From an uncultured bacterium (lineage in GTDB: Bacteria > Zixibacteria > MSB-5A5 > UBA10806): a stretch of DNA of 64,000 nt. A program made the translations under genes and the position numbers. Below the pieces are notes generated by a model, which saw only the letters and a list, made by a program, of their open reading frames with translations, was not told the DNA's origin and did not search any database. Positions 1-7,662 of the stretch are shown here, one piece after another. Location: assembly GCA_965541585.1 (NCBI GenBank), contig CBEUCH010000003.1, forward strand, positions 32,001-96,000, written 5' to 3'. Position 1 is the stretch's first letter. Every line of letters begins with the position of its first letter.

Positions 1-2
1 CT

Positions 3-1649
3 GTCTTCTCGGAACTTTCAGGTTCCCACGCTCTGGTTCTTGACGACGTAACCGCTGCCGATATAGCTACCTTAATAGGTGGCGGTGGGTCGGGCACGCT
101 GCCCGCGGATGATTACGTATATACTGTGATCGCCGTAAATTCCCTCGGGAAATCTCTGGGGGAGGAGGTCACAGTCAGTCCTGTACCGGCTAACGGTTCC
201 GTACAGCTGACCATGACCTATGGCGATCTTGATGTTACTCAGATCGAGATTTACAGGCGTCCTGCCGGCGGAACGTATGGAGGCACACTCGGCGGCAAAA
301 TTGCAACACTTGACTATACTGCGCCCGGTCCTCTCGTTTTCACCGATGACGGATCAGTTCCCGGGGGAGGCGAGATACCGCCTTCGCTAAACTCCACTAT
401 TTCCCTGACAGGTGATGAAAGGCTCGGCACGCAGCTTGGTGTCACGGATGTGTCCGGGTTCAGGATTTCCGTGGATAACGGTTCATGGATTACCCTGAAT
501 CAATTAACTCTAGATTCCTCGATAAATGATTTTATCTCGGCCTTCAATTCTGCAATCCAGGGCGCAACCGCTTCCCTGGAGAACGGCCAGATTCAAATTC
601 GGCGCGACTATGCCGGCAACCCTTCGGTATATAATGTTCGGATCGAGGATACGGGTACTTCGGACGTCTCTACCCTGGTTTTTGGCGCGGCAATTTTCAA
701 CGTTAACAATGGCGCTGCCTCGACTCTACAGGCCGTCGACGTATTTACGCCAACGGACCGGGCTGCGCTGGCAGCCGAGAGCCTGGAGTTAATCGTCGAT
801 CCCAATACCGGTATCGTTACAGGGATTTCAGGAGTTGGCGGTGGAGGCGTGACAATATCTGCAGGAACCGGCGGGCTCGTGGGTGACCCGGACGGCGCCG
901 GCCCGCTGACGTCGTCGACCTTGATAATTGACACCGAGGAAACCCAGCATTCCACATCGATCACGGTTTTCGATTCGCAGGGCGGCAAGCACACCATGAC
1001 CATGACTTTCACCAAGAGCTGGCTGCCCAACCAGTGGTTCTGGGAAGCATCTCTCGGAGCCGAAGAGGTTATTCGCTCCGGTGGCTCGGGTACGGTCAAT
1101 TTCAATTCCGATGGCTCGCTGAGCTCATTTGATTATGATGGTGGCGCCACCAGTCTAAGCATCGATCCTAACAACGGCGCCTCCGACATGATAATTGAAT
1201 TGATGACCGGCACCTCGGGCGGTTTCGATGGTATAACCGGATTTGCGTCGCGGTCCACGGCGGCGGCCAGAAGCCAGGATGGTTACGGGGTTGGTATCCT
1301 CTCCAATATCAGTATCGATCCCAGCGGAACCATCACCGGCATGTTTACCAACGGCGTATCGCGTATTCTGGCGCAAATATATATAGCCGAATTTAACAAC
1401 ACGGGCGGTTTGTTGAAGGTCGGAGAAAATCTCTATCAGACCTCGGCAAACTCCGGTTCGGCAATCCTGGGCATAGCTGGTGAGACATCATCCTCGACTA
1501 TAACGTCAGGAGCGCTGGAAATTTCCAATGTCGATCTGGCGCAGGAGTTTACCAATATGATCATCGCTCAGCGCGGCTTCCAGGCTAACGCCAGGGTGAT
1601 CACTACCTCAGATGCAATGTTAAATGAACTGGTTAACTTAAAGAGTTAA
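3..1649 (+). CDS. flgE: Flagellar hook protein FlgE, 5'-truncated by the window edge, with large inserted domains
   Basis: Frame is open from position 3. Contains the FlaE-type segment (ITVFDSQGGKH...W.WEAS...G.VNFNSDGSL), QDGY..G.L..ISID.SG, and the C-terminal basal-body motif SGALEISNVDLAQEFTNMIIAQRGFQANARVITTSD. Confidence 0.93.
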   Translation, partial: VFSELSGSHALVLDDVTAADIATLIGGGGSGTLPADDYVYTVIAVNSLGKSLGEEVTVSPVPANGSVQLTMTYGDLDVTQIEIYRRPAGGTYGGTLGGKIATLDYTAPGPLVFTDDGSVPGGGEIPPSLNSTISLTGDERLGTQLGVTDVSGFRISVDNGSWITLNQLTLDSSINDFISAFNSAIQGATASLENGQIQIRRDYAGNPSVYNVRIEDTGTSDVSTLVFGAAIFNVNNGAASTLQAVDVFTPTDRAALAAESLELIVDPNTGIVTGISGVGGGGVTISAGTGGLVGDPDGAGPLTSSTLIIDTEETQHSTSITVFDSQGGKHTMTMTFTKSWLPNQWFWEASLGAEEVIRSGGSGTVNFNSDGSLSSFDYDGGATSLSIDPNNGASDMIIELMTGTSGGFDGITGFASRSTAAARSQDGYGVGILSNISIDPSGTITGMFTNGVSRILAQIYIAEFNNTGGLLKVGENLYQTSANSGSAILGIAGETSSSTITSGALEISNVDLAQEFTNMIIAQRGFQANARVITTSDAMLNELVNLKS

Positions 1650-1658
1650 ACTTGATAA

Positions 1659-1687
1659 AGGCGGGGGGGGAGCAATCCCCTCCGCCT
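1659..1687 (+). other. GC-rich stem-loop after flgE (GCAA tetraloop, no U tract); possible mRNA-stabilising hairpin or weak terminator
   Basis: AGGCGGGGGGGGA-GCAA-TCCCCTCCGCCT. Confidence 0.6.
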
Positions 1688-1706
1688 GATTAAGATCGAA
1701 TGAAAA

Positions 1707-1931
1707 ATGATTAACGTGACCCGATTGGACAGCAGCGAACTGGTCATCAATTCGGATCTGATCGAGATCCTCGAGGCCATTCCCGAGACTATCATCCATC
1801 TCACCACTGGTAAAAAAATCATGGTCAAAGAGACGGTGGACGAAATAGTCGAGCGTGTTACTGCTTTTAAGAGAGGTTCGCAGGAAATAGTGATCCATCG
1901 GGATGAGGAAAGACAGGTGAAAAATGCCTGA
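1707..1931 (+). CDS. flbD: Small flagellar protein, FlbD/SwrD family
   Basis: MINVTRLD...VINSDLIE.LEA.PETII.LTTGKKIMVKE; typical position after flgE. Confidence 0.9.
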   Translation: MINVTRLDSSELVINSDLIEILEAIPETIIHLTTGKKIMVKETVDEIVERVTAFKRGSQEIVIHRDEERQVKNA

Positions 1932-2466
1932 AGCAGCAGTTCAAGACCAGGAAGCGGCGGTTGAGGAACAACTCGACGAAAAATCGGAGAGCGAGGCTCC
2001 GGAAAAGGAGAAGAGCTCCGGGGGATTCAAAAAGACCCTGATCTTTTTCGTCGGGTTACAGGTTCTTATGGCAGCCGGCGCGTTTCTCTTCCTTAAGATG
2101 TATTTGTCGCCGAAGATAGAGGCGGCATACCAGGAGCCGGCGAAAATTGAGAAAAATGAACGTGGCCAGATCCATCTTATAAAAGATATTCTCGTTAATC
2201 CCGCTGGCACCAACGGAACGAGATATCTTTCCGCGTCAATAGGACTCGAGACATCCGATTTTGGGGAGGAGACTGATCGATTCGAGGAATTGACTCCCGT
2301 CATCAGGGATATTCTTTTAGCGATACTGTCTTCAAAGACAATGGAAGAACTCAGCTCGATAGATGGAAAGGAGCGATTGCGTGACGAAATCCTGGCTGAG
2401 GTCAATAATGCTACCAGGCCTGATTCTGTCCACCGGGTTTATTTCGTCGATTACGTATTGCAATAA
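1924..2466 (+). CDS. fliL: Flagellar basal body-associated protein FliL
   Basis: Single TM segment; LVNPAGTNGTRYL; IRD..L.ILSSKT..EL....GKE.LR.EI; VYFVDYVLQ. Confidence 0.9.
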   Translation: MPEAAVQDQEAAVEEQLDEKSESEAPEKEKSSGGFKKTLIFFVGLQVLMAAGAFLFLKMYLSPKIEAAYQEPAKIEKNERGQIHLIKDILVNPAGTNGTRYLSASIGLETSDFGEETDRFEELTPVIRDILLAILSSKTMEELSSIDGKERLRDEILAEVNNATRPDSVHRVYFVDYVLQ

Positions 2467-2468
2467 TC

Positions 2469-3461
2469 ATGGCCCAGGTTTTATCTCAGGATGAAATAGA
2501 TGCCCTTTTGACCCAGGTCGAAGAGCAAACAAAGTCGACTGCACCGGAGGCGCCTCACATAACCGGTGCGCACAAAGCGGTCCTGTATGATTTTAAGCAT
2601 CCAAACAGGGTTTCAAAGGACCAGCTAAGATCCTTAGAATCGTTGCATGACAATCTCGCTAACCAGTTTGGCTCGACGCTTTCAGGATTTACCAGGTCCG
2701 TGGTCGATGTCGACCTGATTTCTGTCGATCAGATAACCTACTCGGAGTTCATCATGTCGCTGGCAACGCCCTCCTGCACCTACGTATTCGGGCTTGACCC
2801 GCTGGAAGGCGCTGGCATTCTCGACTTCAACCGATCAATTGCACTGGCGTTCGTAGATCGAATGTTCGGCGGGCGGGGGAAGGCCATCAATACCGAGCGG
2901 GAGTTGACCGGAATCGAAAGATCGGTTATGGGCAAGATTATTACCAGGTTGTTCCAGGCGCTCAATAAATCATGGGAGCATATCGCAGGTATCGATTTCC
3001 GACAGACTGCTTATGAGAGCAATCCCCAGTTTATTCAGGTCGTCCCGCCGGGCGAAACAGTGATCGTGGTCTCGCTGCAGATAAAGATGATGTCTGAATC
3101 CGGGCTGATGACATTTTGCTACCCTTATTTGACCCTCGAACCGATCATGGAAAAATTATCCGCCCAGAACTGGATAGATGCGCGCCAGAAAAGCGATAAT
3201 ACCAGATATGAGATGAATGGCAGGGAGCTCTCATCGGTCCGAGCTGATCTTATTGCGTATCTGGGCTCGGCGGAACTTTCGATCAGGGAGTTACTTGATA
3301 TAAGTCCGGGTGACGTCATCCGTCTGGACAATCTCAAAGACGATTTTGTCACTGTTATGGTCAGTGATAGAACAAAGTTTCTGGCTAAACCCGGCCGCTC
3401 GGGTAACCAGAAGGCCATAAAAATTGCCCACATATTAACGGGAGTTCACGATGAAAGATAG
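2469..3461 (+). CDS. fliM: Flagellar motor switch protein FliM
   Basis: N-terminal LSQDEIDALL CheY-binding motif, YDFKHPNRVSKDQLR, C-terminal SpoA domain. Confidence 0.96.
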   Translation: MAQVLSQDEIDALLTQVEEQTKSTAPEAPHITGAHKAVLYDFKHPNRVSKDQLRSLESLHDNLANQFGSTLSGFTRSVVDVDLISVDQITYSEFIMSLATPSCTYVFGLDPLEGAGILDFNRSIALAFVDRMFGGRGKAINTERELTGIERSVMGKIITRLFQALNKSWEHIAGIDFRQTAYESNPQFIQVVPPGETVIVVSLQIKMMSESGLMTFCYPYLTLEPIMEKLSAQNWIDARQKSDNTRYEMNGRELSSVRADLIAYLGSAELSIRELLDISPGDVIRLDNLKDDFVTVMVSDRTKFLAKPGRSGNQKAIKIAHILTGVHDER

Positions 3462-4092
3462 TGAAATTAAAACCGGCGATGACGAATCGACCGATCCTCG
3501 ACCTGAAAATGTCCAGCAGGAAGATTCGCCGGCGCCGGACGAGGCTAAAACTGAATCAACCGACGAAAATGAAACAACAGAGCCTTCTATGAAGGAGACT
3601 GAATCTTCGGCGGGTGATCATATTGAAGAAGCGCCGGCGCCGGACGAGGCTAAGGCTGAATCAACCGACGAAAATGAAATAACAGAGCCTTCTACGAAGG
3701 AGACTGAACCTTCGGCGGATGATCATATTGAAGAGGCACCGGTGCAGGATGAGTCGGCTGATTCGGATGATATCAATAAGGTCTCGTCCATGGATTTCGA
3801 ACAGTTTCCCAAGACTCAGCAAACGGGAGCGCCGCATAATATTGATATGCTCCTCGATGTTGCACTGCCGATCTCTATTGAATTGGGACGAACCCATATG
3901 CCCATCCAGGACATACTGAAACTCGGTCCCGGATCCGTTGTCGAACTGAGCAAACTTGCCGGTGAACCGGTGGATCTTCTGGTAAACAATAAGATGATTG
4001 CCAGAGGAGAGGTCGTTATAGTTGATGAGAATTTCGGGATCAGGGTCACGTCGATGGTCTCACAGGAAGATCGTATCAAAAGTCTCGGATGA
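3451..4092 (+). CDS. fliN: Flagellar motor switch protein FliN with long acidic N-terminal extension
   Basis: C-terminal NIDMLLDV.L.ISIELGRT...GSVVEL.KLAGEPVD.LVN...IARGEVVIVDENFGIRVT. Confidence 0.93.
   Translation: MKDSEIKTGDDESTDPRPENVQQEDSPAPDEAKTESTDENETTEPSMKETESSAGDHIEEAPAPDEAKAESTDENEITEPSTKETEPSADDHIEEAPVQDESADSDDINKVSSMDFEQFPKTQQTGAPHNIDMLLDVALPISIELGRTHMPIQDILKLGPGSVVELSKLAGEPVDLLVNNKMIARGEVVIVDENFGIRVTSMVSQEDRIKSLG
3529..3738 (+). repeat. In-frame tandem duplication, 2 x 105 bp (35 aa), inside fliN
   Basis: PAPDEAKTESTDENETTEPSMKETESSAGDHIEEA and PAPDEAKAESTDENEITEPSTKETEPSADDHIEEA; copies start at 3529 and 3634. Confidence 0.95.
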
Positions 4093-4562
4093 GAAAGATA
4101 GCGCTTACATTATTGATTCCTGTCGTCTTGCTGTCAGCAGGCGACATCCTTTCGCAAACCGTCGAGACGGATAGCGCCTCGGTTTCGCCCCCGAATATAT
4201 ATTCTCCTTCGCTTTTTGGAATCGTGGTAAAATTGCTTATCTCAATGGTCGTTATTATCGGCCTTATCTACTTATCCATGTATTTTTTGAAAAAGATCAA
4301 TTCCCGGGCCGCCGGCGGCGGCATTATCGGCGATACCATAAAGATCATCGGCCGTACCTTTCTCTCGCCAAAACAATCGCTGTATCTGGTAAAAATCGGC
4401 GATCGGTATGCGATTATCGGTGCCACCGAACAGAGCGTCAGTATGATCGGTGAACTGAGCGAAAAAGAAGCCGCAAAATTCGAAAGCCAGGGTAAAACCC
4501 CGGGTGATACATCGCCACGCTCGAGATTCGCAGAGGTATTAAAAGGAATTATAAGGCAATGA
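4089..4562 (+). CDS. fliO: Flagellar biosynthesis protein FliO/FliZ family
   Basis: Signal-like N-terminus plus TM, IKIIGRTFLSPKQSLYLVKIGD...IGATEQSV; lies between fliN and fliP. Confidence 0.85.
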   Translation: MRKIALTLLIPVVLLSAGDILSQTVETDSASVSPPNIYSPSLFGIVVKLLISMVVIIGLIYLSMYFLKKINSRAAGGGIIGDTIKIIGRTFLSPKQSLYLVKIGDRYAIIGATEQSVSMIGELSEKEAAKFESQGKTPGDTSPRSRFAEVLKGIIRQ

Positions 4563-5308
4563 AAAAGCTCGTGCTTTTAGCCCTATCTTGCGCGTTGATC
4601 ATTATGTTGATGCCGCATAATTCGGGGGCACAGGCAATCCCCAAGATATCGATAGAGCTCGATAGTGCCGATTCGCCTGAGGATTTCTCAGTGGCTCTGC
4701 AGATTCTCATTATGCTTACCGTCCTGACTCTGGCACCGGCTATTATTATCCTGCTTACGTCGTTCGTCAGGATAATCGTGGTTTTCTCATTTTTGAGACA
4801 GGCGGTGGGAACGCATCAGATGCCGCCCAACCAGCTTCTGATAGGCCTGGCGTTGATCCTGACCGTCTTTATAATGGCCCCGACAATCGAACGTATCAAC
4901 ACAGAAGCGATTCAGCCTTATCTTAAGGGAGAGGTCGACCAGCAGGCGGCTTTCGATATGGGAATAGAGCCCCTTCGCGAATTTATGCTCAAACAGGTCA
5001 GGGAAAAAGATCTGGCTCTTTTCGTTTCACTGGCCAATGTAGAGCAGCCGGAAACCCCTGATGATCTGCCGACTCATCTTATCATTCCGGGCTATATTAT
5101 TTCCGAATTGAGGATCGCATTCCAGATAGGTTTTATATTGTATATACCGTTTCTTGTGATCGATATGGTGGTTGCATCCGTGCTGATGTCCATGGGCATG
5201 CTGATGCTGCCTCCGATTATGGTCTCTTTGCCGTTCAAAATATTACTTTTCGTTCTGGTCGACGGTTGGTATCTGATCGTAAAATCGATAGTAGCGAGCT
5301 TCCATTGA
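4559..5308 (+). CDS. fliP: Flagellar export gate protein FliP
   Basis: LTVLTLAP...TSFVRIIVV...PPNQ; ISELRIAFQIGF; MGMLMLPP..VSLPFK..LFVLVDGW. Confidence 0.97.
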   Translation: MKKLVLLALSCALIIMLMPHNSGAQAIPKISIELDSADSPEDFSVALQILIMLTVLTLAPAIIILLTSFVRIIVVFSFLRQAVGTHQMPPNQLLIGLALILTVFIMAPTIERINTEAIQPYLKGEVDQQAAFDMGIEPLREFMLKQVREKDLALFVSLANVEQPETPDDLPTHLIIPGYIISELRIAFQIGFILYIPFLVIDMVVASVLMSMGMLMLPPIMVSLPFKILLFVLVDGWYLIVKSIVASFH

Positions 5309-5361
5309 CGAATCCAGGCAGTTTAGATGGTAAAATCTGTTAATATGAGAGAGAAGGTTTA

Positions 5362-5628
5362 GTGGATACGCAATTAATAGTCGAATTGGCGCGGAATTCG
5401 ATATACACCACCTTGCTTGTATCATCTCCGATGTTGCTACTGGCGCTTATCGTGGGTCTTTCCATTTCACTGTTGCAGTCGATAACCCAGATTCAAGAGA
5501 TGACTCTCACCTTTATTCCGAAGATCGTGGCCGTGGCCATGGCCCTCATCATCTTTCTGCCATGGATGATCACGACCGTTGTCGGCTTTACCAGCCGGCT
5601 GTGGTCGATAATCCCGACATTATCCTGA
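5362..5628 (+). CDS. fliQ: Flagellar export gate protein FliQ
   Basis: Q..TQIQEMTLTFIPK, PWM; GTG start. Confidence 0.95.
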   Translation: MDTQLIVELARNSIYTTLLVSSPMLLLALIVGLSISLLQSITQIQEMTLTFIPKIVAVAMALIIFLPWMITTVVGFTSRLWSIIPTLS

Positions 5629-5760
5629 CAGGTATTTTTGTATGGTTCGCCGGGAATATTTTTCCCATTGTTAACGAATCGGCCATGTCCGAATTGCGAT
5701 TTATAATCATAACATATTAAAAGATAACGAATTATATCATACCGGCCAATAAATCCTGGG

Positions 5761-5776
5761 CGGCATACGCCTTGCT
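5761..5776 (+). promoter_or_regulatory. Sigma54 (-24/-12) promoter upstream of fliR-flhB-flhA-flhF-flhG-fliA
   Basis: CGGCAT-ACGCC-TTGCT with GG(5762-63)-N10-GC(5774-75), in a 180-bp gap that has an AT-rich tract upstream. Confidence 0.72.
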
Positions 5777-5808
5777 TTAAGTAGCGAATTGGCGGGAGCC
5801 GTTTGTTT

Positions 5809-6597
5809 ATGTCGATATTTGAAATTTCAGCGGGGCAATTTGAGAAATTCCTTTTGATCCTTCTCAGGGTCGGTGGGATTATGGCGGTGGCGCCCTTCTT
5901 TGGCCATCGAAACATCCCGGCCACGGTCAAGATCGGATTTACAGGCATTCTCACTATTATCCTGATGCCGGTAATACCCATACCGGAACTCAGCCTGAAC
6001 GCCGGCCTCGGTTCGATTCTCGTCATAGCCGCCAAGGAGCTGGCCATGGGTCTTCTAATCGGCTTTTCTGCCATGGTCCTTTTTATGGGTGTTCAGATGT
6101 CGGGCCATATCATGGGCTTCCAGATGGGATTTCTGGTGGCCCAGGTTATCGATCCCTCCAGTGGACAGAAAATGTCAATTCTGGGGGAGTTTCAATTCAT
6201 TCTCGCCTTGTTGATATTTCTGGCAATCGATGGCCATCATCTATTGATAAACGCCATTGCGGGGAGTTTTTCCATAGTCCCTTTGGGGGAGGTTGCTTTT
6301 AGCGCCGCTTCCGCCGAGATTCCTATCAGGATCTGTGTCGATATATTCGCCATCGCGGTAAAGATCGGCGCCCCCATGATTGTAACGCTGTTTCTGACCG
6401 ATGTCGCCCTGGGGATAATAGCCCGCACCGTACCTCAGATGAATGTTTTCATAGTCGGATTCCCCCTTAAGATTGCGACGGGATTCACCGTTCTGGCCAT
6501 CTCGTTTCCGTTCATCAGCTATGTATTCGCCAAGCTATTGCACGGGATGGATCGCAATCTCACCGATCTCATCTTTGCTCTGGGCAGGAGGATATAG
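5809..6597 (+). CDS. fliR: Flagellar export gate protein FliR
   Basis: Multi-TM; G..MGFQMG....IDP; FLAIDGHH; ARTVPQMNVFIVGFPLK. ATG at 5809 preferred over TTG at 5803. Confidence 0.95.
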   Translation: MSIFEISAGQFEKFLLILLRVGGIMAVAPFFGHRNIPATVKIGFTGILTIILMPVIPIPELSLNAGLGSILVIAAKELAMGLLIGFSAMVLFMGVQMSGHIMGFQMGFLVAQVIDPSSGQKMSILGEFQFILALLIFLAIDGHHLLINAIAGSFSIVPLGEVAFSAASAEIPIRICVDIFAIAVKIGAPMIVTLFLTDVALGIIARTVPQMNVFIVGFPLKIATGFTVLAISFPFISYVFAKLLHGMDRNLTDLIFALGRRI

Positions 6598-7662
6598 TTG
6601 GCCGAAGAGTCATATCAAGAAAAAACGGAACGAGCTACCCCCAAACGGCGGGAGGACGCCCGCAAAAAGGGGCAGGTAGCACGCTCCATGGAACTTAATT
6701 CCGTGGCCATTCTCTTCTTCGGACTCGTTTCCCTGTCGTTTTTATCCGGCTGGATCTTTCAGCAGGTCTCGAGCGGCTTCACCTCAAATTACGCCTTGAT
6801 CCCCGATCTCGATCTCACACCCTCCAGCGCCCATGCGATATTCAAGGCAAATGGTTTCAGAATCTTACGCACCGTTTTCCCGATGATGGTCGTTATCATT
6901 ATCGGGGGCATTCTGATCAACTTCGCTCAGGTCGGCGCTCTATTCACCCTGGAGCCGATAACACCGAAAGCCGAGAAATTAGATCTGACTAAGGGAGTCA
7001 AGCGAATCTTCTCCAGGAAAACGGCAGTTGAGTTTCTCAGGGACATTTTGAAGGTTACCATCATAGGAACCGTAGCATTTCTGACCATTAGAGCCGAGTT
7101 CCCGAAGATATATCTGCTGGTCGATCAAAGCGCAGGCCAGGTCCTGGTTTTTTGTGCCACCACCACCCTGAAACTCGGGTTGAGGATCGCTCTGGCGCTC
7201 CTGTTTCTCGCTATCCTGGATTACGCTTTCCAGAGGTTCGAACAGGAGAAAAACATGCGCATGACGCGGCAGGAAGTTAAAGAGGAACTGAAAGAATACG
7301 AGGGCGATCCGCAAATCAAATCCCGCGTCAAGAGAATCCAGCGGGAGATGTCTCGCAAGAGGATGCTCAAGGACGTTGAGACCGCCGATGTGGTGGTCAC
7401 CAACCCGACTCATGTTGCAGTGGCTTTGCGATATGATATGGAAAAAGACGAAGCGCCGTTGCTGGTCGCCAAGGGTGAGCGGCTGATCGCTGAAAAGATA
7501 AAAGAGATCGCCAGAAAATTCGATATCCCGATTGTAGAAAATAGGCCCCTTGCCAGATCGCTCTTCGAACTGGCCGAGGTCGGAATGCAGATACCGGACA
7601 GGCTCTATCGGGCTGTGGCAGAGGTTCTGGCCTATGTCTATAACCAGAAGGGTAAAATCTGA
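6598..7662 (+). CDS. flhB: Flagellar export specificity-switch protein FlhB
   Basis: EKTERATPKR; NPTH autocleavage site; EGDPQIK; TTG start after AGGAGG. Confidence 0.97.
   Translation: MAEESYQEKTERATPKRREDARKKGQVARSMELNSVAILFFGLVSLSFLSGWIFQQVSSGFTSNYALIPDLDLTPSSAHAIFKANGFRILRTVFPMMVVIIIGGILINFAQVGALFTLEPITPKAEKLDLTKGVKRIFSRKTAVEFLRDILKVTIIGTVAFLTIRAEFPKIYLLVDQSAGQVLVFCATTTLKLGLRIALALLFLAILDYAFQRFEQEKNMRMTRQEVKEELKEYEGDPQIKSRVKRIQREMSRKRMLKDVETADVVVTNPTHVAVALRYDMEKDEAPLLVAKGERLIAEKIKEIARKFDIPIVENRPLARSLFELAEVGMQIPDRLYRAVAEVLAYVYNQKGKI

Noticed and set aside
1663..1670. G8 run as a phase-variation tract
   Set aside because: It is intergenic and forms the stem of a hairpin.
1707..1931. flbD as the sigma54 activator
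   Set aside because: This is the 74-aa FlbD/SwrD family, unrelated to the Caulobacter NtrC-type FlbD; it has no AAA+ domain.
5305..5336. TTGACG...TAAAAT promoter before fliQ
   Set aside because: The spacer is 20 nt; only an extended -10 (TGGTAAAAT) remains, which is too weak to call.
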